Shown piece after piece: positions 1-36,000 of a stretch of 64,000 nucleotides of DNA; within the stretch, counting starts at the first letter, position 1, and each line of letters begins with the position of its first letter. A model generated the notes under the pieces. That model did not search any database. It was not told where the DNA came from and saw nothing but the letters and a program-made list of their open reading frames with translations. Origin of the DNA: Macrostomum lignano (lineage: Eukaryota); the NCBI GenBank assembly GCA_002269645.1, contig NIVC01003877.1:8578-72577 (forward strand). Reading direction: 5' to 3'. The position numbers were made by a program, and so were the translations under genes.

Positions 1-135
1 CCAATTTTACAACTGGGTGAACTAAAGCAATGCAGAGTTAAGGATCTTCTTGCTCAAGGGCACGAATTTGTTCCAGTGGAATCGAGAATCGAACTTCCGA
101 CCTTTCAGTTGTGCGTCCGACGCTCTAACCACTTT
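1..135 (-). mobile_element. tRNA-derived SINE, 5' head plus CORE-like domain (runs off the window start)
   Basis: The minus strand reads AGTGGTTAGAGCG (A-box-like, 133-121), then GTTCGATTC (B-box, 94-86), then GTGCCCTTGAGCAAG...TTAAC...TTCACCCAGTTGTAAAATTGG, which resembles the conserved central domain of CORE/Meta-type SINEs. No tRNA acceptor stem. Confidence 0.6.
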
Positions 136-159
136 AAAGTGATTGCAGTAATGTTAAGC

Positions 160-492
160 TACATAGTCCGGAAAGTCTGGATGCGTCAAATGCATCGCTC
201 TATATGGCGCGGAGCGAGCGCGAGTGGGACAACTGAGTGAGTGAACGACGAATTCAGATTCGCACCTGGGCAGCCTAAATGGCCCTGCAAGTTGAGCAGC
301 AGGACGTCCTGTAGAGGCTTGGGGGCAGCAGCTCTCGGCCTGGATCACGTGACCCTCCTGTTGAAGTCGCCACCTTGCAGCTGGGCCCTCTAGTACAGGC
401 CGCCTCTGTCCCGACGCTCTCGTCAGCTTGAAAGGCGCGGTATGGAGCAGCCGGAGTGCGCCGAGCCCAGCTGCGACTCCACTGTCTTGGAG
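160..492 (-). mobile_element. Degenerate 3' end of an RTE-like LINE, related to the young copy at 7438-8750
   Basis: Minus-strand translation across frameshifts gives SKTVESQLGSAH...GHVIQAESCCPQ.PLQDVLLLNLQGPFR. This aligns by eye to DSLEQQVDAAH...GHLIRAESYCPQPVQEVLLLTLQAPYR at the end of ORF 7434-8702, including the GCCAT...TGACGC stop region. Confidence 0.7.
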
Positions 493-752
493 TTTATATC
501 TTTAGAATGTATAAAGATGAATTTTAGTGTATAGAAGAAGATGATGATAATATCTTAAGTTTAAGATAGATTAAAAGATAGATTGGGTAATCCTAATTTC
601 CAATTGTTAAATTATTTTGACATCTAAATTTGTATAACTAAGTCAAATGAAATCCATCTTGTTTTCTTGGATAATATTCCTATAGCCAAAAAGTTAGAAC
701 AAAGGGCTATATTAAATTATTATATTAAATTAAATAATCTGATTTATTACAG

Positions 753-1030
753 CTACTGACTTTGAGACGATGGCGTCTGCACAGAAGACAAACCGGATGG
801 CTCGCCTCACCATGATGCAGCTACTTCGTGATTCTGAAGGCCTGCAAGAGGCCACAGGGCAGGAGTCCATTGAGCACGTGGCGCCAGCTGAAGAAGATTC
901 TGATGATGCTGATGACGATTGGCAAGAACGTGATTGGGAGCCAGGAAATTCCCAAAGCGTGTCTCCTCCTGAAAGTGATGATGACTCTGGGATCGAGGAA
1001 GAAGTGTCCCCCATAAGACCCATCAGGTGA
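753..1030 (+). other. Orphan acidic exon/ORF (86 aa), possibly an N-terminal exon of a decayed DNA-transposon transposase
   Basis: Acceptor TTATTACAG at 752, ATG at 770, D/E/S-rich ORF (EEDSDDADDDWQE...ESDDDSGIEEE) and donor ATCAG|GTGATA at 1026/1027. No downstream exon found; the product is inferred only from composition. Confidence 0.3.
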
Positions 1031-1599
1031 TATTATGGAACTGATTTTCGAGTTACTATTTTTCATGATCCATTTTTCCATCAACAAGAGGGCCATGGAG
1101 TTCTGTCTGGCAAATGTGGGCAAAGCGCGCGGATATACGGTGCCCTGTTCTGTACATAGCCTGTTGTGTGTAATCACAGTTGCACCGAAATTGATAAGCA
1201 ATGGTATTTCTTTACGAGCCTATTATTGTAATTGTCTTTTAAGTGTCGATTTGTTGCGTGAGCAGTCTGTTGGCGTTTGTGGATTCGCTGATCCTTTACA
1301 TGTCCATTCAATTTTATACTCGTAAAGTATATTTTAGTTGATTTTTACATGCAACCTGAGCAAATTAATACAATACGTGTGAGTGTGAGTGTCAAATACA
1401 TGTAAATTGCTCATATCTTGTTTCGTCACGGTCCTAGCAATTATACTTGCGGTCAATGATTTCCGCAAACTGTTGCCGTGCATGTTGCACACGCATATGA
1501 ACTCTGTCTTGGACTTCTTGTCTTGCATTCGTTATTTTCCAATATGCACTTGTGGGTGCAATGATACTATTCAAATCGATTGTACATGTGTGTACATAT

Positions 1600-1773
1600 A
1601 CGTGTAAAGCAACATCGAATCGACGTCGCAGAACGAAGGCGAAACGACGCAGCATCGACGTTGAAATGAAGGTGTACCACCCACCTCGAAACAACGTCGT
1701 TGCACCGCGACATTTGCATCCATCGAATCGACATGGAAAACTGACGTCGTTTCGACAGCTTGCTTCCCAGTGG
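1600..1773. mobile_element. One end of a non-autonomous DNA element (CCCAGTGGG terminus with repeated ACGTCG/CGAAAC motifs)
   Basis: Repeated ATCGAATCGAC/AACGACGTCGTT motifs end in GCTTCCCAGTGGG exactly where old-LINE homology resumes at 1774. The matching second terminus and a TSD were not found. Confidence 0.35.
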
Positions 1774-2250
1774 GTCTCGGATGCTAGTTAGGCCGCCAGT
1801 CGAGTCCTCTGTTCGCCGCGTGATTTTCTCTTCTACGTGGGGTGCACTAGAGGTATAGGTGAACCACGGGAACTGAGCGAGCTGTCAGGTCCCCTGGGGA
1901 TGTCAGCCAGCACGGCGACCAACTTGGTCTTAAGTGTGGACCACGAGGGCGCGACTCTAGAAGCCAATTGCTTAATTCCAGCCTGTCGATCTGGCGCTGT
2001 CACCTTCGGTTGATGACATGAATGCGAGGTCGCCAGCGTAGCCAAGCACGCTGAGGCGCTTCTCTTCGTAGTAGTGGTGCATGGCCAATGCATCGTCGTC
2101 AGCCGAGAGGAATGCGTTACAGAGCACTCAGTCCAGCCGCAGCACAAAGAAAAACAAATTGTGTCCTAAGTGTGTCTGTCTCTCAGCTGCCGAACACCAG
2201 ACGAAGCCTTCCGCTGCTGTCACAGCAGTAGTTCAATCTCGTGTCGCCCA
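1774..2250 (-). mobile_element. Degenerate RT-domain fragment of an RTE-like LINE
   Basis: The minus strand gives FVLRLD*VLCNAFLSADDDA...EKRLSVLGYAGDLAFMSST...RGLDWAA, versus FVLVLDWVLRTALPTDDDG...EKRLSVLGYADDLALLSST...RGLAWAA in ORF 7434-8702. It has stops and frameshifts, and YADD is mutated to YAGD. Confidence 0.75.
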
Positions 2251-2817
2251 TTCCGCCACATGTAGGTCGCCATAGGTGATGTTAAACATTTAATGTCAAT
2301 ACATGTACTTACATGTACATATACATGTACAGTATATGTAATGCATGTAAATAATAACTTATTAAATTCCGCTGTGTGTTAATAAAAATTGAGAGACTTT
2401 TATCCTTGATTGCGACCCGCGCGCATCACCCATTAGCAAGTACCATGTTTGCTTTCAAACTTGCATGTGCATGTACACGTAGTAAAACCACGGAATTAAT
2501 TGCTATAATTTCTTGTCATTGACAGTTAGCAATAAGTATGCTCGGCCTGGACTCTGGAGACAGCTAGGGTTTAACATAATTACTACGTCAAAGGGCATCC
2601 AACTAGCTAATGAAGCTCAAAGACAGCCGCCGATCCTGGTTTCTCCTTTGGACAAAGAGAAACGGCGATATCCGATATATATCCGATATTATGATATCCG
2701 TTAGCACATTGTTTAGCAATTTGACGATCATTATTCACATTTTTAATGCAGAACAATCCATTACTACAAACAATGCAAATTGTCTGTAGGATCGTCAAAC
2801 AGAAAAACAATGCAAAG

Positions 2818-2912
2818 AATCAGCGGTCGCAGCACGTGACAACGATTTGTCTATGGCTCGCGCCTACCGGCGCTCGCCAGACAATCGTTGTCACGCACTG
2901 GGACCGCTGATT
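2818..2912. repeat. 95-bp near-perfect inverted repeat (hairpin)
   Basis: Left arm AATCAGCGGTCGCAGCACGTGACAACGATTTGTCT (2818-2852) versus the reverse complement of the right arm, AATCAGCGGTCCCAGTGCGTGACAACGATTGTCT (2879-2912): 3 mismatches and 1 bulge. Inner stems GGC/GCC and GCGCC/GGCGC close a TACC loop. Confidence 0.85.
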
Positions 2913-3435
2913 ATTTATCCATTGAAGACAATTGCAGTATCCAATGGAGTCTTTAGTATAGCTGTTCAGAGCACGAAACTAGAAAACTTAGCATTTTTTG
3001 TACATTAGCAAGCAGTAGTGGCTTTAATTTTACTCAGAAAGATTGTTGATACTTGTTTAAAATTAAATTGTTTCTTCGTGTTTTTAAAATATTTTTTCCT
3101 CGAAACGTATTGAAAACAAAATTTTAAAAACACAATTTTTTAATTATAATAAATGTCACCATCGTTGATTGTCATGATAGCGAAGTAGCGGACCTTATGG
3201 TGTCATTTCTAGTTAATGGCGTCGTGTTTTTTATTTGGTTTTATCCTAATAGTCATGATAATATATGATAAATTAGTCAAGCTTTTTGTTTTTAATGCAA
3301 ATTAACTCACTACTACTACTAGAAAGAAAGCTAGTTAGGCAAGTTAGCTAGGTACACTAGGTTTAATGTTTTATTTAGCACTAATACTGATCTTATCTTA
3401 TGACTAGTCTAAATCTTTTGGTCTGTGGCTTTTAT

Positions 3436-3591
3436 CAGGGGCGGACCCAGGATTTTATCGAGGGGAGGCAAGCCTCATGTCTGGTCAGCCAGAGCTGCAA
3501 CTAGGGTATCATGATATTAATATAGCATGATACCAATACATCTGAGGATTTTTTAGCAGAGCTAATGGCCCCCCCCCTTAGTCCACCCCTG
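3436..3591. mobile_element. hAT-type MITE (156 bp)
   Basis: TIRs CAGGGGCGGAC / GTCCACCCCTG (10 of 11 match) are flanked by an exact 8-bp direct repeat GCTTTTAT (3428-3435 and 3592-3599). An 8-bp TSD with CAG...CTG ends is typical of hAT elements. Confidence 0.8.
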
Positions 3592-6500
3592 GCTTTTATA
3601 TAAAATCATTATTATGATAAAAGTGAAACACTAGCTGTATATATTTATACTAACTAAAGTAGGCCTTCTTAGCTTAGAAGCTTTGTCCTAAGATTTAAAA
3701 AATAACCAAAATATTCCCATATCTATAGGCGTATTATGCCACCTATCCTCCATAGTTCAGATTGTGGGCTTCTTCAAATTTATGTTGATAAAATACTTCT
3801 CATTTTCCAATTTTTCTGAAATTTTCACCAGACACTTGGTGGATGCCCAAAATGATAAAAAAGCAAAATATCACCAAAAAACCACATTCTGTGGTGATGC
3901 GACCTCAGTTTATTAATTGACTATGGTGTCAATGAGAATTCGACAAAAATTGTTTCAATGAAATTTGTATTCAAAAATGAACATTTTTCAAAAAAAGTTA
4001 ACTTGTTTTGTGAATATAAAATAAAAAAAATTACAAGTAATATTCATAATTTTTGGATTATAATGTATAGTGAATATAAATGAATACAAAATTTGATATT
4101 GAGTTTTGTTATCATGTCAAATAATTGCCTCGTCACGGTTTCCTCTTTTTAAATTTGCCACATCTACCATGCACAATATTGTCTCCCGCATTCTAAATTG
4201 TTGCTACCTTTGCCACTGTAGTTGACATTAATACCTCTTGCCAAATGATTTAGTAATATAAGTAATTAATCATATTATAAATGTCTGTAATAATATTCAA
4301 GTTTGTATTGATAAAATCAACCTCCATGAAGAATCCCCTACCCAAAAATCCCTTATCCCATTTTATGCCTTAATAGTTGGTCATTGACCTTTTTTGTAAG
4401 GATTGATCCCTTTTTCCCTGAGTCTGGAATTTATCAACATCATCTTGAATAGGTCTCCATGCCTCTATTCAAGTTTATGTTGATAAAATCAATCCCCATG
4501 AAGAATCTCCCCACCCTAAAACCCCCCATTCCCCATGTCCCGGTGGTTGGTTTTAAGCGCCTACATATAGTTGGGTTGGAGCTACCAAAAAATAAAGCTC
4601 AAATTTGAAATCAGCACTATCAAAAACTCATATAGAGACAAAATTATGCTCCTATTAAAATTGCAACTAATTTACAACACAAACTTGAAGAAGTCCCAGA
4701 TTGTATATTAATGTAGGCCTATGCCAGGTCCATGGGGAAAAAGTATGGTGAGTACATTTGTATGCTAGGAGTAAAAAATGTTTTAAACTTTGTATGCAAA
4801 AGTTGTATGCTTTTTTATTCTTGAATTTATTATTCATACCATAGTCCCAAAGATGTTCCATGCATACCACAAAACTTTTTGATTCTGTATGCTGCATGCC
4901 AAGATTATTTGGAAATCTCATACACATTGCATGCTATATACTAAGAGCCTTATCTGCATTGCGTGTCACATGCAAGGCATTGACAGGGGGGGGGTTGAAA
5001 GTAAAAATGCACTTGGCTTACATAAATGCAGCAAAGCCTGTTTAAACAAATTAAATTCTTTCTTTTCCACAAATTGGATTACTTTTTCTGTCTTCTTTTT
5101 GCTGCAAAGTTACAAAAAATATACAATATATTACAATTATTAAAAAATGTAAAATTAAAATATCAAAAAATTAAATTAAGACATTACAAATTACAAGTCT
5201 AGCCAAATCCAAACCTCTATTTTATTTCCAAATCCATTTTGCTTGTGGCTGCATGCCAATTTTTTGCAGTTATTATTGTTACAGTGACCATATAAATAGT
5301 GAAATGATTATTTTTATGGTTAACACAAAAAATCATCTAAATTTAGTAACAAACATGGAGTGCAAATTACAATTGGTTTTTTAATTTTAAAAGAATTATA
5401 TGCTTTTAATACTATATAAGAGTGCGTGATAGGTCTCTTTCTCCTGTCCTTATAAATATCCTACCACTGGTAGCTATCTGTTACAGGCCTTATAGCTCTG
5501 TCTTTTTAAATCCTAACTGTTTCTTAGAATCTCATACATTTCTGGGTAGTATTCTTGGTAATGTTCTTGATAGCATTCTTAGTATATGTTCTGGTAGCAT
5601 TCTTAGTATATGGCTCTGGTATATACTATGGCCTGAGCAGGATAGTACTAGTAAATGAGTTAGTCCAATCAGGCATTACTGGGACTAGAAGGTCATAGCA
5701 CTTTTCTTAGTATGTTTCTACAAATTGTTTCCTAATTCCCTCTCTTTGCAAATTTCTTAGCACTGTTCTTAGCCTTTTTAAATGAATAAGTTGCTTAACT
5801 TGAAAGACTTTGAAAATTTATAGATTGAACTGCTTTTATTGCTTGGAATAGTTGCTCACAGATATCAAGATAGTTAAGTTTACCTAGCTACAAAATTGCT
5901 CCTATTTATACCTCAAATTTCCCAATATGATTACAACAAAAAATATTTCCCCAATTTATTTTGTGCAGTAAAACAATATTTATATTTATAAATATTTATT
6001 TTGCATGAATTTAGTTTTGTAAGAAATCATACATTATTACTCGTATAGTATTTGAGCACTATTACAAGTGGTATTCATGCAAAGTAACAAACTTAAAAAT
6101 TATACAATTACAATGTGCACTGAAAAATGATAATTATAAAAGAAGTATTTAAAATACTTCTTGCTAAAATATTTTTTGCCAAAAATTAAGAAAAATAAGT
6201 TTTTTATTTTTAGGGAAAAAGTAAAAAAATTATTATTATTCCTTTTTCCATGCATGTATTGATGGTATTGTATATAGCTTTGCATATACATTGCATTGTC
6301 TAATTGTACTACAAGTGTTATGGTAAAGTTTTACACTTTTGGGAAATATTTAGTGCTAAATTGGCTGTTTGGCACCTAGATTTCATTTTCAAGTACCAAA
6401 AGACTGGACTCATCAAAAAGTAACTTCCATTACCCAAGTCTGGCATTTAAAAAAAAAAGAACCAGAAAAAGTGCCATTTTAGAAAAAAGTAACTTCTGGC

Positions 6501-6839
6501 ATTAAAAGTGCCAGAACTTTGCCAAACACTGGATATATACTAGAAAATTCCAGTGAACACAGATCTAGCATACACAATTGGTGTACAAATTTGCATATAA
6601 AGAAGCCTTTCATTACCCCTTAGTATATAGCTTGGTATACAGAAATCATTGAGACAGTTGATCTTTAGTATAGTTTTTTACTACTAAGAGATTTCCTACA
6701 CTAAGTTTCCCATATAGAATCTTGTGGGATGTCAAGAAAAGCCAAGCAAAAATGACTTAACAATAAAATTACAAAATAATGCATTGCATGTGGCCAAAGC
6801 AACAGCGACAGTTTCCAATCATCTGAGACACAGAGAGAA

Positions 6840-30205
<23,366 letters not shown>

Positions 30206-30210
<5 letters not shown>

Positions 30211-30643
30211 AATGTCCTTAAAATATAGTTTAGCAGACAATGCTGCATGGAAAATGCTGTGTTCTTTCTTTTCGATAATTTCTTTGAGTTTTTTTCTGCT
30301 TTGTTTGCTTTTTCTAAACTGTTAATATAACTCAAGATTTTGCTTGCCATTCAACTGTAGCTTGTTATTAAGAGTTGATAAATTGGTTGTGTTGTTTATT
30401 CAGTATTGTTTCGGTGCAAGTTAGTCTTGGCCGTAATTTTTTTCAGCGAGTTGCGATAAATTTTCTTCCCGAACCTGACTCCATTTGCTTCATTAACGTT
30501 AATGTAAAGCTGTCTGTTTTATGAATACTAACTCTCGGGTTGAGTTGCACAAGATTTTATTCAATAAATCATATTGACGCGCTATGGCTATTTGTTAGCC
30601 TATAGCCCATTGATATAATTATTAATTATTTATTATCAATAAA
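30206..30643 (+). terminator. Candidate JIP3 polyadenylation signals
   Basis: AATAAA at 30206-30211 (overlapping the stop codon), 30563-30568 and 30638-30643. Confidence 0.5.
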
Positions 30644-30699
30644 CACTAACTGACCATGTTTTGTATTCTTTATTTGTAATAACTGTCATCATACTCCAC

Positions 30700-31710
30700 T
30701 CACCCACCCACTCCCTGCCTTCCCTCACCCACCCCACTCCCTGCCTTCTCTCTCCCACCCCACTCCCTGCCCCTCCTCACCCACCCACTCCCTGCCTTCT
30801 CTCACCCACCCACTCCCTGCCTTCTCTCACCCACCCCACTCCCTGCTCTTCCTCACCTACCCACTCCTTGCCCCTCCTCACCCACCCACTCCCTGCCTTC
30901 TCTCACCCACCCACTCCCTGCCCCTCCTCACCCACCCACTCCCTGCCTTCCCTCACCCACCAACTCCCTGCCTTCTCTCACCCATCCCACTCCCTGCTCT
31001 TCCTCACCTACCCACTCCCTGCCTTCCCTCAGCCACCCCACTCCCTGCCTTCCCTCACCCACCCCACTCCCTGCCCCTCCTCACCCACCCACTCCCTGCC
31101 TTCCCTCACCCACCCCACTCCCTGCCCTTCCTCACCTACCCACTCCCTGCCTTCCCTCACCCACCCACTCCCTGCCTTCCCTCACCCACCAACTCCCTGC
31201 CTTCTCTCACCCATCCACTCCCTGCTCTTCCTCACCTACCACTCCCTGCCTTCCCTCAGCCACCCCACTCCCTGCCTTCCTCACCCACCCACTCCCTGCC
31301 CCTCCTCCCTGCCTTCCCTCCCTGCCTTCCTCACCTACCCACTCCCTGCCTTCCCTCACCACCCAACTCCCTGCCTTCCCTCACCCACCCACTCCTGCTT
31401 CCCTCACACCCACTCCCTGCCTTCCCTCACCCCCACTCCCTGCCTTCCTCACCTACCCACTCCCTGCCTTCCTCACCACCCACTCCCTGCCTTCCTCACC
31501 TACCCACTCCCTGCCTTCCCTCACCCACCCACTCCCTGCCTTCCCTCACCCACCACTCCCTGCCTTCCCTCACCACCCACTCCCTGCCCTTCCTCACCCA
31601 CCCACTCCCTGCCTTCCCTCACCCACCCACTCCCTGCCTTCCCTCACCCACCCCACTCCCTGCCCTTCCTCACCTACCCACTCCCTGCCTTCCCTCACCC
31701 ACCCACTCCT
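30700..31710. repeat. C-rich minisatellite (CTCACCCACCCACTCCCTGCCTTC variants) between the convergent JIP3 and GPCR genes
   Basis: Direct reading. Confidence 0.92.
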
Positions 31711-32649
31711 GCCCTTCATTTGGTAAGCCTTTTTTTCACACTCATTCAACCCTCTGTAAAAAGAGCAGAAGCAAGTTCCAGCCCTACACAGTCTTCCAAT
31801 GCAGCATTGTACTTTTCTGCGCGTGACTAAAGCAGTCCATCTATACAGTGCAGCCAGTACCTCCGGCTTGTAGTTTAGCCCAGAGGCTGAATATGGCAGG
31901 CCACCGGCACTGCCGGAAATGAAACAGACCGAACTCGTGCTCAAGCATGCAAATTCTATTTCCCATCGCATGATTTTATTCATTGAATCCAAACAGAACT
32001 TATCAATTTTCTTGCAGTCAGTAGGTTACCTTGCGAAGCCATTAGCATCACAGAAGTTATGTACAGATGAATCAACTGAGAAATTATAGAAGCTATTTCA
32101 TTTTTATCTTTTAAACACTTCTTTATAGTAATGTATAGATTGTCTTTATTTATTAAAAATGGCAAGACAAACACGGCACGACAAAAGGTATTTTAAATTG
32201 TTTTGCGGGGGTATGTGTTGCGTTTAGTAACCGTGAATAAATAGCGATTAGGGAGACCTGCTATGCAGTTGTGTAGGCGGGCGGGGCGAACCTGCCTAGC
32301 TTGGATGTCTAAATTAGTCGTCAGCACGGGATAATTACGAGCTAAATTGATGTTTTGTCAGTGAAAGAATTTTAAATTCCTTGCACGCAGAAGAACAGTC
32401 GAGGCTCAATGTATAGTTCAGGATGTTTCTCGGCGACATGTCTGAAATAATTGAAATAGATGAAATGACAGAATATGATGTAGGGTAACAAGACAGGAAT
32501 TAGATGCTTGTTTATATGAAATTTTCGAATTGCCTTTTTCTATTAGTAGTTTCTCTGAAAATGTTTTAAAAATCATTGACCCGAGTCCGCTAAGAACTTC
32601 ATGGCAAGTACGCTCGTACATGCATCTTCAAGGTATTAATAATTATCGA

Positions 32650-32945
32650 GTACACTCCCGGCTAAAACAGCCCCGCAGAACTCTATCCCACGTCAATGTA
32701 CACTCTCCCGGCTAAACAGCCCCGCAGAACTCTATCCTCACCTCAATGTACACTCTCTCCGGCTAAAACAGCCCCGCAAACTCTATCCCCACCTCAATGT
32801 ATACTCTCTCCCGGCTAAACAGCCCGCAGAACTCTATCCTCACCTCAATGTATACTCTCTCCGGCTAAACAGCCCGCAGAACTCTACCCCCACCTCAATG
32901 TACACTCTCTCCCGGCTAAACAGCCCCGCAGAACTCTAGCCCTCA
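32650..32945. repeat. ~50-bp tandem repeat, about 6 copies
   Basis: AATGTA at 32695 and 32745; unit includes CCCGGCTAAACAGCCCCGCAGAACTCTA. Confidence 0.88.
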
Positions 32946-33079
32946 CCCAAGTTCTCTACGCAACTTCCTACCGTATATGGCGGATACATTTTATCAAACG
33001 CATTCCGATCGAGTCTTCTAGAGAAGACGAAAGAGACAACTGCTGCTGCTGTTGTTTCTCATAAGTGCGAGCCGAGCCG

Positions 33080-36000
33080 CTAGAGAAAGTGGCTGCCCGA
33101 AGGGGCCAAGGCGGCTACAGCTGCACCTGGCTGTGGCTGCAGATTCAGCTCGCACAGTGATCTGCTCCGGAGTTGCTTTATTCTCAATTTCTGCTTCGAA
33201 TTTTCGTTCTGATTTTGTAAATCCTGCATCGGAATCATTTCGTATTGGCAGCCAACATGTCTCTGTTGTTGCTGCTGCTGCAGCTGCATCTGACGCTGAT
33301 GGTGGTGGAATGGACTGTGCTGTGGCAGCACCAGCTGCTGCTGTCGCCACTCCCTCCGCTGGCGCCTCCGTCGAAGCCATTTCGACAGGCAGTGGCAGCG
33401 CCTGTTCAGCAGTCTGCGACAGTGCTTGGTGAACATGCCTGCGGGTATGCGTTGCAAATGTTCTGCTGAGTGACTGTGTGATGAGTGACTGTTTGAGTGA
33501 CTGTGTGCTGCTGAGTGACTGTGTGATGAGGAGTGGCTGTGTGTTGCTGGGTGACTGTGTGATGAGGAGTGGCTGTGTGTTGCTGGGTGACTGTGTGATG
33601 AGAGGTGGCTGTGTGTTGCTGAGTGACTGTGTGAAGGTACATTTCAAGGTACATTATGCCTGCACATACAGCTGCAGGATACACTGTACTCATGCAGGCA
33701 CTCCTGTGCCTGTGCGCCAGCCGTCTCAAGCTCACCGTAAATAATGGGATTGGCGCAGGAATTGAAAAATGCGCAGGCCAGTCCCACATAGACCAGATCG
33801 GCGACTCCGTCCGTTCTGAAATTTGGTTAATTGATCTCTAATTAAATACCTTTAATTCAATCTCATCCCATCTCATCCCATCTCATCCCATCTCATCCCA
33901 TCTCATCCCATCATTCAATCTCAGCCCATCTCATTCAATCTGATCCCATCTCATTCAATCTTATCCCATCTCATCCGATCTCAACCCATCTCATCCCATT
34001 TTATCATATCTCATCCCATCTCATCCCATCTCATCCCATCTCATCCCATCTCATTCAATCTCATCCCATCTCATCCCATCTCATCCCATCTCATCCCATC
34101 TCAGCCCATCTCATCCCATCTTATCATATCTCATCCCATCTCATCCCATCTCATCCCATCTCATTCAATCTCATCCTATCTCATCCGATCTTAGCCCATC
34201 TCATCCCATCTTATCATATCTCATCCCATCTCAGCCCATCTCATCCCATCTTATCATATCTCATCCCATCTCATCCCATCTCATCCCATCTCATCCCATC
34301 TCATCCCATCTCATTCAATCTCATCCCATCTCATCCCATCTCATTCAATCTTATCCCATCTCATCCGATCTCAGCCCATCTCATCCCATCTTATCATATC
34401 TCATCCCATCTCATCCCATCTCTTCCCATCTTATCATATCTCATCCCATCTCATCCCATCTCATCCCATCTCATTCAATCTCATCCCATCTCATCCCATC
34501 TCATCCCATCTCATTCAATCTTATCCCATCTCATCCGATCTCAGCCCATCTCATCCCATCTTATCATATCTCATCCCATCTCATCCCATCTCATCCCATC
34601 TCATTCAATCTGATCCCATCTCATTCAATCTGATCCCATCTCATTCAATCTCATCCCATCTCATCCCATCTCATCCCATCTCATTCCATCTCATCCCATC
34701 TCATTCAATCTGATCCCATCTCATTCAATCTCATCCCATCTCATCCGATCTCAGCCCATCTCATCCCATCTCATTCAATCTCATCCCATCTCATTCAATC
34801 TGATCCCATCTCATTCAATCTCATCCCATCTCATCCGATCTCAGCCCATCTCATCCCATCTTATCATATCTCATCCCATCTCATCCCATCTCATCCCATC
34901 TCATCCGATCTTAGCCCATCTCATCCCATCTTATCATATCTCATCCCATCTCATCCCATCTCATCCCATCTCATTCAATCTGATCCCATCTCATTCAATC
35001 TCATCCCATCTCATCCCATCTCATCCCATCTCATCCCATCTCATTCAATCTGATCCCATCTCATTCAATCTCATCCCATCTCATCCGATCTCAGCTCATC
35101 TCATCCCATCTCATTCAATCTCATCCCATCTCATCCCATCTCATCCCATCTCATTAAATCTCAGCCCATCTCATTCAATCTGATCCCATCTCATTCAATC
35201 TTATCCCATCTCATCCGATCTCAGCCCATCTCATCCCATCTTATCATATCTCATCCCATCTCATCCCATCTCATTCAATCTCATCCCATCTCATCCGATC
35301 TTAGCCCATCTCATCCCATCTTATCATATCTCATCCCATCTCATTCAATCTCATCCCATCTCATTCAATCTCATCCCATCTCATTCAATCTCAGCCCATC
35401 TCATTCAATCTCATCCCATCTCATTCAATCTTATCCCATCTCATCCGAACTCATCCCATCTCATCATATCTCATGCCATCTCATTCAATCTCATCCCATC
35501 TCATCATATCTCATCCCATCTCATTCAATCTCATCCCATCTCATCATATCTCATCCCATCTCAGCCCATCTCATCCCACCTCATCACACCTCATCTCAGC
35601 CCATCGCATTCAATCTTATGACAGCTCAGACTGCAGTCCCCGGTCTATCCCCAGCTCAGGCAGTCCCTCAGCCACCCAAGCCACGGCAGCTCACAGCAGC
35701 TCCTCATTCGAGGCGAACGAGTCCCACAGAGTGAGAGCCCAGTGCGGCGCCCAGCAGAGCAGAAAGCAGAGCACTGAAACGAATAGAGAAATTTTATTTG
35801 GATTGAGTCGGCTCTGACTCACTCCTGTTATTCAATAGTTACTGGATAAGTCTCACGGGCAACTGATGAAATACAATTAGGGGAACAATTGCTGATTGCA
35901 GTGACTATTTTTTACAGTGACTATTGGGCACAATGGGTGCAGTTTTTGCCAGGGTTTTCTAAGCTTGCTGCAGAATGGCACGTTGGGATTAAACTGCTGG

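Noticed and set aside
1-135. tRNA gene
   Set aside because: It has A/B-box-like motifs but no acceptor stem or cloverleaf and continues into a SINE core domain.
344-355. TCACGTGAC E-box/CLEAR-like motif as a JIP3 promoter (also GTCACGTGAC at 18272)
   Set aside because: The first lies within the decayed RTE coding remnant and the second within the candidate JIP3 exon; there is no independent promoter evidence.
3700-4680. Locally duplicated TTGATAAAATCAA.C.CCATGAAGAATC segments as a transposon remnant
   Set aside because: I could not define termini, a TSD or coding remnants; left unclassified.
6351-6531. Possible old hAT MITE (TAGTG...CACTG)
   Set aside because: The TIR match is only about 5 bp and the putative TSD matches 6 of 8 in AT-rich DNA; insufficient.
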